Origin: a virus
DNA length: 64,000 bases
Reading direction: 5' to 3' (one strand)
Virus record (IMG/VR): IMGVR_UViG_2565956892_000004
Made by a program: the position numbers and the translations under genes. The notes under the pieces are model-generated. The model ran no database searches. It was not told the origin of the DNA and worked only from the letters and a program-made list of their open reading frames with translations. Below are positions 47,630 to 55,946 of this stretch, piece after piece. Each line of letters begins with the position of its first letter. Position 1 is the first letter of the stretch.

Positions 47630-48496
47630 TTAAATTTGAGAAGACCCCAATAATGATTCCAACTCTTCTAATGAGTATTCGTCCACATCTTTTTCAAAAC
47701 ATGTGCCATTACCCACCGCACGAACTAAGCGTTTGCCGGTATCGTCATTATCACCAATAGCGTATAGCTCAAAAGGCAATGAACGGAGCCAATTCAGCAT
47801 GTCTATTGAAGGAGAGCCAGTTAAAAGGGCCACCGCATTATGTCCAAGCATGTGAAGGGCAGAGGCTTTAAAAATACCTTCAACTATGTATAAACGCTTT
47901 CGGCTGTAGTCCAATGTTTCCAAGCCCCAAACCGCAATATTACCAGGAGTCTTGTAAGTGAAGTAACGAGCCAATTTTGGGTTATTGGTTCGCTTATCAT
48001 TGCAGTCTGGGCGGTATTGTTGATAGCCAACTAATTTACCGTTTAAGCAATGCAAATACACCGTCAGGACGATTTCTTCGTGATTTAAAACGATGTTCTC
48101 GTATAAATCAGGGTCAAAGTTACGCTCAAGCAAATGAAGGTTAAGTTTTCTAACCAGTCTAAATGGCTCAGGTGTGTATTGAATAGATTTTGAAGACACC
48201 TTGTTATAGAGCGCATAAGCTACTGCAATTTTATTAAGCAAAAACTTGGTGCGTCTTGTTAAATCCTCAAAAGTGTCACTATTGCCCGCCACGTAAGAGA
48301 AGTACAAAAATGTCATATCAGTTGGGTTAATGCCATCCACAAAGAAGGCGTGTTGCTTAATGTCGCCTACTTCTTCTTGCCAAATTACATTGACCTGTCT
48401 GACGTTTGGCATGAACGCTACAATTACCGCTCTTCGCAAAAGCTTCAGGCGATCTTTAATTGATAGTCGTAGTTTTTTCACCACTTCTTTCCTCAA
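47630..48496 (-). CDS. Toprim-domain protein (DnaG-type primase-like)
   Basis: C-terminal Toprim signature LYIVEGIFKASAL ... YAIGDNDDTGKRL (E...DxD). No zinc finger in this ORF. Confidence 0.5.
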   Translation of the reverse strand: MRKEVVKKLRLSIKDRLKLLRRAVIVAFMPNVRQVNVIWQEEVGDIKQHAFFVDGINPTDMTFLYFSYVAGNSDTFEDLTRRTKFLLNKIAVAYALYNKVSSKSIQYTPEPFRLVRKLNLHLLERNFDPDLYENIVLNHEEIVLTVYLHCLNGKLVGYQQYRPDCNDKRTNNPKLARYFTYKTPGNIAVWGLETLDYSRKRLYIVEGIFKASALHMLGHNAVALLTGSPSIDMLNWLRSLPFELYAIGDNDDTGKRLVRAVGNGTCFEKDVDEYSLEELESLLGSSQI

Positions 48497-48821
48497 ACCA
48501 TTTATTTAACTCTAAAGCGTCAGAATAGGAGAGTTTAGCGTTGGCAAATTTCTTCCTAACTTCGCCAATGAAGTGCTGCTGTCGTACATGCTCTTCGTAA
48601 TCAGCCTTGCTTTTCCATACGATGTAATAAAGTCCCGTATAGTCTTTTTCAGTACAAAGAGTGCCATCTGTCAAAATTATTTTGTGATGGTTATGAGAAG
48701 TGTAGGCGTACTTTCTAGCAATCTTTGTCACTTCAACTTCGATGGGGGTTAAACTTCTGCCAATATAAAAACTTGGCACCAAACATACCGTTTGTCCGAC
48801 TTTTAATTCAGATTTGAGCAT
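48456..48821 (-). CDS. Hypothetical protein (121 aa)
   Basis: ORF. Confidence 0.35.
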   Translation of the reverse strand: MLKSELKVGQTVCLVPSFYIGRSLTPIEVEVTKIARKYAYTSHNHHKIILTDGTLCTEKDYTGLYYIVWKSKADYEEHVRQQHFIGEVRKKFANAKLSYSDALELNKWFEERSGEKTTTIN

Positions 48822-48830
48822 TTATTTGTC

Positions 48831-49106
48831 CTAAAATTTGCATGGGTACTCTGATTTTTCGCCAGTGTCGTTGTACCAACCCACTAACTTTTCAACCTTC
48901 GCCTGAGCTTCCTGATAATCAAGCTCGGTTTCTGAAACTATGTTTGCCTCGCGCCACACTAGCCCCTGTCTATAACGCATCACGTAACAGTGTTGCGAAG
49001 GGTTGAAATCTTGGGTTTGTGGCACTATAGACTCGTTGAACGCCGTGTTAGAAACCTCACAAGCGCTTAACTGAACAGCCAGAAAAAGTATTAATGCGTT
49101 TCTCAT
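48831..49106 (-). CDS. Putative lipoprotein (91 aa)
   Basis: Signal peptide plus lipobox LSAC. Confidence 0.45.
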   Translation of the reverse strand: MRNALILFLAVQLSACEVSNTAFNESIVPQTQDFNPSQHCYVMRYRQGLVWREANIVSETELDYQEAQAKVEKLVGWYNDTGEKSEYPCKF

Positions 49107-49197
49107 TTATTAAAAAAATCCCACATCAATGCCGTTCAATTTAAGAGTCGTAATGCATATGACTACAACTATCATAAAGATCCAAAACCAGCCGTCG

Positions 49198-49644
49198 TTA
49201 TGTATCATTGCGTTTCTCTCCTCTCAAAATTGCAATAACGTCATCAAACTGCTTAAAAAACATGGATTGACCAATACAAGTCATGTCAGCCCTTGCAAGC
49301 GCCGAATTAATACGATTTTGAAGTTCGTCCACTTTTAATTGTTGTTCCTGCCAAGCCTCCCATTGCAAACCAATTGCTAAAGGAACTGATCTTCCTTGTC
49401 GGCTTGGTATATACAATTTTCCATTATGAAAAAATGCCGTTGTTCTATGCTTCTGAATATGGCGAATAAAACGCAATTCATGATCTTGAGTTGCGCCATA
49501 ATCTTTCAGTTTTTCATAATAAATACGTTCGCCATCCACAACATACGAGGCGCACGACAAGCATTGATCAGTCTGCTCTCGGCAAACGGGGCATGATTGG
49601 AAATTTTTAAACTCACTCATGGCTGGCTCCTTTAAATGCCCCAA
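49198..49644 (-). CDS. Hypothetical Zn-binding protein (148 aa)
   Basis: CPVCREQTDQCLSC cysteine cluster. Confidence 0.4.
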   Translation of the reverse strand: MGHLKEPAMSEFKNFQSCPVCREQTDQCLSCASYVVDGERIYYEKLKDYGATQDHELRFIRHIQKHRTTAFFHNGKLYIPSRQGRSVPLAIGLQWEAWQEQQLKVDELQNRINSALARADMTCIGQSMFFKQFDDVIAILRGEKRNDT

Positions 49645-49816
49645 TCATCGCCTTGTACATCTCTCTGCGCTTTCTATTTGTTTCAGGATGCACATCACTT
49701 CCTTTAACTGGGTTCATGTAGCAGTGAGCAGCATTAAGCATTTTTTGTGTAGGCTCTTTAGGCACTAGAACATAGTCACCGCTTTCAAGCATTTTGATTT
49801 GCTCATCAACAAGCAT
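49613..49816 (-). CDS. Hypothetical protein (67 aa)
   Basis: ORF in a tightly overlapping small-gene operon. Confidence 0.35.
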   Translation of the reverse strand: MLVDEQIKMLESGDYVLVPKEPTQKMLNAAHCYMNPVKGSDVHPETNRKRREMYKAMIGAFKGASHE

Positions 49817-50042
49817 GGTCTTTATCCTCCAAAATGCCTTTGAGGACCCTGTAGAAGCCTAATAGCTCATCATCAGAATATTCACGTAGATCACCACACG
49901 CATAGATGGCTTCACTAAGCTTTAAGAGCTTTAGTTCATTTGCATCAATCTCAGCCTGTCGACTTTGTTTTCCCGCTTCAAATGCATCTACACCTGTGTA
50001 ATTCAAATTCTTTTTTGCCCAATTCAAAAATTCTTGATTCAT
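49806..50042 (-). CDS. Hypothetical protein (78 aa)
   Basis: ORF. Confidence 0.35.
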   Translation of the reverse strand: MNQEFLNWAKKNLNYTGVDAFEAGKQSRQAEIDANELKLLKLSEAIYACGDLREYSDDELLGFYRVLKGILEDKDHAC

Positions 50043-50347
50043 TCCCCGCCTCCGTATATTGATTCGTGGACAGCCACGTCTTGCTGCAATTCCTTGATCT
50101 CGTCTTTGCTTACTCCAGCAAACTCAGAACCGAACGAAATCAAATAAGCCAAGTGATCTTTTGCTTTCGACAATCCGCCAAGCTGCGCTATACGATCCAA
50201 AGACTCCACTAGACGCTTGAGGTCTTTCAAATTAATGAGTCCGTCCGCTTGCTTATAGATGACATGAGTAGAACCATCTATTGCGGCTTCAATAACCTCT
50301 CTCGCCTTCTTAAGTCCAAAATCCTGAATAAATTTAACAGCATTCAT
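50039..50347 (-). CDS. Hypothetical protein (102 aa)
   Basis: ORF. Confidence 0.35.
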   Translation of the reverse strand: MNAVKFIQDFGLKKAREVIEAAIDGSTHVIYKQADGLINLKDLKRLVESLDRIAQLGGLSKAKDHLAYLISFGSEFAGVSKDEIKELQQDVAVHESIYGGGE

Positions 50348-50541
50348 CTTTCACGCTCCTTGCCGGTGCCTTCACAGCTACCGCATGGGATTGAGTCACC
50401 ATTAGGTCGGCACGAGTCATACCAACCTGAACCATTGCAGGCTGTACAAGGTACTAATTTGTTTCGATACACATGCTTGAAGTAATGCTCAGTACGAGCG
50501 GCTTTTCTGGTTTTAAAATCATGCTTTGCCATTTTCGTCAC
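50344..50541 (-). CDS. DnaJ-type zinc-finger protein (65 aa)
   Basis: Two CxxCxGxG repeats: CTACNGSG and CGSCEGTG. Confidence 0.5.
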   Translation of the reverse strand: MTKMAKHDFKTRKAARTEHYFKHVYRNKLVPCTACNGSGWYDSCRPNGDSIPCGSCEGTGKERER

Positions 50542-50914
50542 CCTTTATGATGACCAATCCTTTAATGGTCTGTTTGAGGGTTTGATTTTCAGCCTCAATC
50601 TCGCGAGTTTTTGCGTACTGCTTGTCAAATGCATCTTTCCAATACTGCAAGTCGTCTCTAACGTTTTTAAGCCCTTCGGCTTTTCCGCGTGCGTAACCTT
50701 TATTACGCTCACGACGAACCAATTTGTGCCAGCTGAGATCTTCATTAACCCACATGCGAAGGAAGTCAAATAAACGACCTTCTTTTGTATGAATGACCTC
50801 TACAAAAGGAATGCGTATTAAAAGAAGGTCTTGCGGCTTTTTTCTATCACCCAAAGTCCAGCCTTTCTTTATCCCCAAAGGCGATTGGTGATTTGTAAAT
50901 CTAATAACGATCAT
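50519..50914 (-). CDS. Hypothetical protein (131 aa)
   Basis: ORF. Confidence 0.35.
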   Translation of the reverse strand: MIVIRFTNHQSPLGIKKGWTLGDRKKPQDLLLIRIPFVEVIHTKEGRLFDFLRMWVNEDLSWHKLVRRERNKGYARGKAEGLKNVRDDLQYWKDAFDKQYAKTREIEAENQTLKQTIKGLVIIKGDENGKA

Positions 50915-51150
50915 TTCTTTTCCTCTTCAAGTTTCTCGACCGCGATGCACTTAAACACCTTCTTACCTACAAAGAACCCGCCTAGACGTTCACATTCAGA
51001 GGCGATCATTGAGTGTGTGTAGTTGTGACACATGAACCACGCAACAATGAATCCCAATAAAAACCAAGCCATCTTGCTCATCCAAAAACTCGAATCAAAA
51101 TTGCGATGCACATAATCACCGCGCCAATAACAGCTAAACCGACCAACCAC
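50911..51150 (-). CDS. Small membrane protein (79 aa)
   Basis: Hydrophobic segment MAWFLLGFIVAWFM. Confidence 0.35.
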   Translation of the reverse strand: MVGRFSCYWRGDYVHRNFDSSFWMSKMAWFLLGFIVAWFMCHNYTHSMIASECERLGGFFVGKKVFKCIAVEKLEEEKK

Positions 51151-51248
51151 AAAGAGGGGAGGGTATTGATATTCATAGAAACCCCGTTATATAAATTGAT
51201 AAAAATGGCAGCTTACGCTGCCACTTCCTTGTTAATTACTTACGCTTG

Positions 51249-51455
51249 TTAGCCACCAAGACGCGTTACACGATTCGATAAGCTATAAACCGAGGTGCTT
51301 AAAGAACTAATAGCGGACGCATTCGCGTCAGCACTTTGTTTAAGCTGCTTGATTTCTTCACCCTGCGCCGTAACAGTGTTTGTGAGCGCTGTCACTTTTG
51401 CAGTAAGGTCGGTTACTTGCGCTTGTAATTGTTGGACCGCTGCGTCACTCATCAT
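51249..51455 (-). CDS. Small coiled-coil protein (68 aa)
   Basis: Heptad-like AAVQQLQAQVTDLTAKVTALTNTV. Confidence 0.35.
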   Translation of the reverse strand: MMSDAAVQQLQAQVTDLTAKVTALTNTVTAQGEEIKQLKQSADANASAISSLSTSVYSLSNRVTRLGG

Positions 51456-51544
51456 TAACTCCTTTTGATTCTGAGTGTTTGCGCTTCAACTTCTTTATTG
51501 AAGCTCTGTTAAATTGGGGTCTCAATGACCTCAGATTGATTCGC

Positions 51545-52228
51545 CTACTGGCGTGTTTCAGTGGCAAACTCAATCCCATTCATGGAATCAGGCTTGCTTG
51601 AAACTGTTTCCTTTGCATCCAATTTGGCAATTAGCGAAATCCGTGCTTTGTGCCAGCATGAATGACAAAGAGAAATACGTTTATTAAGATCAAGGACGTC
51701 GCGTTTGAGATACCAATGCGGCACTCGTAAACGACCATCCATAAACAGGCCCAAAACAATCGTGTTTAGCTTTTCAATGAAAGCTTTACAGCACTTGGCT
51801 GAGCCTTCTTTTTTGACCAAAGGAATACCCGGCTGAACAAGCATTACCCCCGTGAAATATTTGTTTTGGACTTCAAAGCATTTGTTCAAATACGCTTCCA
51901 AGCGCTGAGACTGTTCATCGCTTAAACCGTCTGTCACGGCAGCGAGGGTGTACATCATCAGGTCAATAGGCGTGCGATCTGTAATGACTGGTTCGAGTTT
52001 GCTCTCGCCCATGAAGTGTTCAACGTATAAATCCTCAAGGCGGGCAATCATATGCTCTTGGATCTTCATTCGATCATCGAATGAGTAGGTCTGATTCGAT
52101 GAATCAAACCCAATCTCACGTTGCCATCCTGTGATGTCACTTTTCAGAAAAATAGCACCGTGCTTTTCCGCGTATGCTTGAGCAAGCGCTGTCTTACCAG
52201 TACGGTGACTTCCACAAAGACCAAACAT
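51545..52228 (-). CDS. P-loop nucleotide kinase (possible dNMP kinase)
   Basis: Walker A LCGSHRTGKT at the extreme N-terminus. Context with dut/thyX/nrdAB. Start overlaps the dut stop. Confidence 0.4.
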   Translation of the reverse strand: MFGLCGSHRTGKTALAQAYAEKHGAIFLKSDITGWQREIGFDSSNQTYSFDDRMKIQEHMIARLEDLYVEHFMGESKLEPVITDRTPIDLMMYTLAAVTDGLSDEQSQRLEAYLNKCFEVQNKYFTGVMLVQPGIPLVKKEGSAKCCKAFIEKLNTIVLGLFMDGRLRVPHWYLKRDVLDLNKRISLCHSCWHKARISLIAKLDAKETVSSKPDSMNGIEFATETRQ

Positions 52229-52686
52229 TATTCTGTACCTGTGCTTCCGAAGCCGCCTTCACCGCGTTCAGTTGATGAATCAAATTCATCTACAACAGTC
52301 ATCGCTAGTTGGAATGTTGGCAAAACAACATATTGAGCAATGCGTTCACCCGGCTTTAATACAAATGGCTTGTCGCCGTTGTTGCGGAGACACGCTTTAA
52401 TTTCACCTTGATAGTCGCTATCAATAACGCCAGTGCCATTCGCTAAAACAATTCCATGTTTAACGCCTAGCCCTGAACGTGGGTACAGCATGCCCACCAA
52501 GTTTTTGTTTTTTAGGTGAATGGCGATGCCAGTTGATACGAGTAATTGTTCTCCCGGATTCAACGTTACTTCAGCGTCAAGGCATGCACGTAGATCCAAA
52601 CCCGCAGAGCCTTGAGTGGCATATACAGGCGCACCAAACTCACTTAATAAGCGGTCATCTAAAATTTTTACTTCCACTGGAACCAT
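52228..52686 (-). CDS. dut: dUTP diphosphatase
   Basis: GSAGLDLRA motif and overall trimeric-dUTPase motif order. 152 aa. Confidence 0.8.
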   Translation of the reverse strand: MVPVEVKILDDRLLSEFGAPVYATQGSAGLDLRACLDAEVTLNPGEQLLVSTGIAIHLKNKNLVGMLYPRSGLGVKHGIVLANGTGVIDSDYQGEIKACLRNNGDKPFVLKPGERIAQYVVLPTFQLAMTVVDEFDSSTERGEGGFGSTGTE

Positions 52687-52979
52687 CAGTTAATTTCCTT
52701 CTTTACATCTTCAATGGTTAAATTTTGAGGCGCTGTGATTAGCTTGCTTAAAGCTGCGCCAACAGTACGAGCGCGAGCAGCTTCGGCATTTGCTTCATCT
52801 TGTTTGAATAAGATTTTTGCTGCTTCTTCGCCGTGATTGTTTGCTTCGCGAAGTTTTTGTTCTTCCAAAGCGCTTAGTTCTTCAACTTGCTTGGTGATAT
52901 TTCCAATAATCAAGTCGACCGATTTCTGTGGCTGTGGGCTTGACTCATTTGAGCCGAATAACCATTTCCAAAAGCTCAT
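52686..52979 (-). CDS. Hypothetical protein (97 aa)
   Basis: ORF between dut and thyX with overlapping stop/start codons. Confidence 0.4.
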   Translation of the reverse strand: MSFWKWLFGSNESSPQPQKSVDLIIGNITKQVEELSALEEQKLREANNHGEEAAKILFKQDEANAEAARARTVGAALSKLITAPQNLTIEDVKKEIN

Positions 52980-53836
52980 GCTGCTTCCTTAAATTGAAGT
53001 TCGATTAATTTTCGATGCTGTACAAAGCCATCGAAATTCCCATGTAGATGTTTGTTTTGCCATTCGCCTTTGAACAACTTCACTAACCACGGATTGCGAA
53101 TATCTGGTGTGGCTTGGTGTTCAAATGGAGAGGCATGTAGCGGCTCAGAACCCACTAGCTTTTCGCAAAGGCGAATATCCTTTTGGATGTCTGGCGCTTT
53201 ACCGTCATGCCGCAAGTAGGACACACGACAACAACGAGCCGCCGACACTTGCAACAAAATGTCGGTTGGATACTTTTCGCGTTCTTCATCCAGAATGTAC
53301 GGAAGGTGCCACTCATTAGGGGCCAATAAGACAGGTATTGATTTTTCTAGCGCAGCCTTCATTAATGCAGTTAAGGCAAAAATGGTTGGGTCCGCATCTT
53401 CGTGATGGCGTAGCTCAAAAAAGTTATCGAAGCTTGTCGCTGTTAAAACCACTTCAATAAATTGGAAAGGTTCTAAAATGCGATTAACAACTTGTTTGTG
53501 CAGACCAAGATCGTCAGCCATGAAACGTGCGGTATTTACTGCATTTTTAGCAGCTTCCAACCATGCTTCACGCGCAAGCTCCTTTTTGTACTCATTCACC
53601 TCTTCCCAAGCTTGCATACCAGCTTGGTTTTTACCCCAATGAACAGGCATTGCCGGATTTGCTTCAACTTGGTTAATCAACTTGATAACAGGGATGGCAC
53701 GCGAGCTTGAAGCATTGCGACTAAATACGCGGTGGGTCATCACTTCACTGTGAATAAAGCGCGGATAACGCAGCTGAAAGGTAGTAATTCGCTTACCTTC
53801 ATGGCTGCAAGAATCCGCAATAATTTTGACTTGCAT
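52976..53836 (-). CDS. thyX: Flavin-dependent thymidylate synthase
   Basis: ThyX signature THRVFSRNASSSR (RHR-x7-S-like). 286 aa. Confidence 0.7.
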   Translation of the reverse strand: MQVKIIADSCSHEGKRITTFQLRYPRFIHSEVMTHRVFSRNASSSRAIPVIKLINQVEANPAMPVHWGKNQAGMQAWEEVNEYKKELAREAWLEAAKNAVNTARFMADDLGLHKQVVNRILEPFQFIEVVLTATSFDNFFELRHHEDADPTIFALTALMKAALEKSIPVLLAPNEWHLPYILDEEREKYPTDILLQVSAARCCRVSYLRHDGKAPDIQKDIRLCEKLVGSEPLHASPFEHQATPDIRNPWLVKLFKGEWQNKHLHGNFDGFVQHRKLIELQFKEAA

Positions 53837-53900
53837 TGTTGGGTAACACTCACTTTTTAAAAAGAGGTGACTAATGCCACCCCTCGTTCTCTGAGCGTTA

Positions 53901-53923
53901 AAGTATAGTCAGTACTGACTGAT
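53901..53923. promoter_or_regulatory. Copy of the conserved intergenic palindromic element, upstream of thyX
   Basis: Identical 23-mer AAGTATAGTCAGTACTGACTGAT. Followed on the minus strand by a GGGGTG hairpin plus U-tract, then the thyX RBS. Confidence 0.6.
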
Positions 53924-54066
53924 CTTTTGGAGTTTATTTTCAGCAAAATAGGCTTATTTTTAGCCAGTTGTTTTATGTTTACGAATAAACAGTTAAAATG
54001 AACCATGACATTCGATCGACGCAATGAATTGACATTGGATCGACGTTTGTTAAAGAGGTTAATTAC

Positions 54067-54429
54067 ATGAAAAGATTTAGCGAGTTTTTAGCTGAGCGTA
54101 AAAACAAATCTAAAAGCGAAAGAATTTTAGAGCTTCAAAGAGTTTTTAAATCAACTCCTGAAGTTAGCGAAGAAGAGAAGGAACGCTTAGTTAAAAGATA
54201 TTTGTCACAACACGCCAGCATTAAAGAGGCGGTTGAAGTTATGACGTCTTTAAAGCTTTCTCAGGAGTATGCGAAGGTTATGGATGAAATTCATAACGAT
54301 GTGTTGGCTCGCGCGGCTGTAGCAATGGAGTTAAATGCATCTCCTGCTTCTGAGCGTTTGGTGCGCGGAGTTGCTCGCAGTGTTATTCGTGATCATCACG
54401 AGGAACTCGAACGTCTGGCTTATAAGTAA
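54067..54429 (+). CDS. Hypothetical protein upstream of the Doc-like gene; candidate antitoxin-like partner (120 aa)
   Basis: Stop overlaps the Doc-like start by 1 nt. No similarity to Phd noticed. Upstream region has GATCGACG direct repeats flanking a TTGACA. Confidence 0.45.
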   Translation: MKRFSEFLAERKNKSKSERILELQRVFKSTPEVSEEEKERLVKRYLSQHASIKEAVEVMTSLKLSQEYAKVMDEIHNDVLARAAVAMELNASPASERLVRGVARSVIRDHHEELERLAYK

Positions 54430-54848
54430 TGTATGATCCAGCGCCATTAATTAACGCAACGCTTGTTGAAGCGATTCATAGCGAGATTTTAGACAGCGTA
54501 GAAGGAGGCATGAGAGGTCCAACTAATTATGGTCTTCTCGAAAGTGCTTTAAATAGAGTTCAGCAGTATGTTTATTATGACGGTTTGAATGACATTTATG
54601 AGATTGCGGCATGGTATGGGATTTCTATTTCCACTCAACATGCATTCTCAGACGGCAATAAGCGAACTGGATTAACCGTAATGTTGACTTACCTTCGTAT
54701 GCAAGGCGTCTATATCGAGCCTAATCAAGATCTTGATGACATGATGGTTGATATTGTGCAAAGCGCACAATCAACAGAAGATGGAAATCATAAAGAGATT
54801 GCTGAGGCTTTAGCTGAGTATCTCTATCAGTATGTTCATCAGTTATAG
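54429..54848 (+). CDS. Doc/Fic-family protein (Doc toxin-like)
   Basis: Doc-type Fic motif QHAFSDGNKRTGL (HxFx(D/N)GNKR). N-terminal GG.RG...GLLESALNRVQ segment typical of Fic/Doc. Confidence 0.7.
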   Translation: MYDPAPLINATLVEAIHSEILDSVEGGMRGPTNYGLLESALNRVQQYVYYDGLNDIYEIAAWYGISISTQHAFSDGNKRTGLTVMLTYLRMQGVYIEPNQDLDDMMVDIVQSAQSTEDGNHKEIAEALAEYLYQYVHQL

Positions 54849-54871
54849 AAAAGGCGCATTAAGCGCCTTTT
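54849..54871. terminator. Bidirectional intrinsic terminator (AAAAGGCGC-ATTA-GCGCCTTTT)
   Basis: Perfect 9-bp stem flanked by A-tract and T-tract, between the convergent Doc-like and nrdB genes. Confidence 0.7.
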
Positions 54872-54874
54872 CTT

Positions 54875-55867
54875 TTACCATGCTAACGCACCGCCAGTTT
54901 TGTAGTCTGTTACGCGTGTTTCAAAGAAATTCTTTTCGGCTGTATTAGGCTTAGAGAACTCTTCTACCCACGGAAACGGATTTACCACACCAGGATAAGG
55001 CACAAATGGCGCTCGAATTTGAGCGGCGCGTTTATTAGCTAAATATTTAATATACAGTTCAATCGCTTCTGGATTGGTAACGCCTTGATGAATATATTGA
55101 CCCCAACTAATTTCCATTTTGGTAGATTCATCAATGATTTTAGCCGCATCTTCCCAAAATGAAGAAGTAAACACTTCAGGATTTTCAATACGCAATGTTT
55201 CAATCATGTTCAAGAACAGATCAAGATGCGTTCCTTCTTCATCACGTTGAATATAGCGAATCATATCCGCAGAACCCAACATCTTACCTTTGAAAGCAAG
55301 TAGATAAAATCCTAAGAATCCTGAGAAGAAATACTCGCCCTCAAGCATGACGTTAGAAATGCAAGCAAGGGCAAAACCACGCGCTGAGAACTGATCTCCC
55401 AAGATGCGTGATTGACGCAAAATAAACTCGTTTTTCTTCGCCAAAATACCATCGCGTTCAAATGTCATATAGACACTCATTGGGTCCGCTGAGACCGTTT
55501 CGATGAGTTTGGCATAAGACTCTACATGGTTGGCTTCCTCCCAAGCTTGACGGGACAAACATATGGCAACTTCCGGTGAGGTCACATGTTTTGCAATATT
55601 TTGGTTGATATTGTGAAATTGAATGCCGTCAAGGTTCGATAAAAACGCAAGGCTCTTGTCATACAATCGACGTTCCGCTTCGGTAAGCTTGTCTCGATAG
55701 CAAATGCCTTCATTACTCAAGTCGACCACTTCGGGGAACCAATTGTTATCCTTCATGCGTTGATGAATGTCTCTGGCCCATGTGTGTTTCATCGGGCTGA
55801 TCGCCATAAGGTCATCCTTTGGCCCTAAAATTAAGCGTCGATCATTAATTCGGTTTGCGTATGTCAT
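54875..55867 (-). CDS. nrdB: Ribonucleotide reductase class I small (beta) subunit
   Basis: Di-iron ligand motifs EEANHVESY, LEGEYFFSGF and RDEEGTHLD. FLSNLDG tyrosyl-radical region. Confidence 0.8.
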   Translation of the reverse strand: MTYANRINDRRLILGPKDDLMAISPMKHTWARDIHQRMKDNNWFPEVVDLSNEGICYRDKLTEAERRLYDKSLAFLSNLDGIQFHNINQNIAKHVTSPEVAICLSRQAWEEANHVESYAKLIETVSADPMSVYMTFERDGILAKKNEFILRQSRILGDQFSARGFALACISNVMLEGEYFFSGFLGFYLLAFKGKMLGSADMIRYIQRDEEGTHLDLFLNMIETLRIENPEVFTSSFWEDAAKIIDESTKMEISWGQYIHQGVTNPEAIELYIKYLANKRAAQIRAPFVPYPGVVNPFPWVEEFSKPNTAEKNFFETRVTDYKTGGALAW

Positions 55868-55946
55868 TTCTTTATTCCATGAAAGAGGGGCGTTAAAAAC
55901 ACCCCTGCATAATAAGTCAGTAGTGACTGACTATATTAACCTAAAA

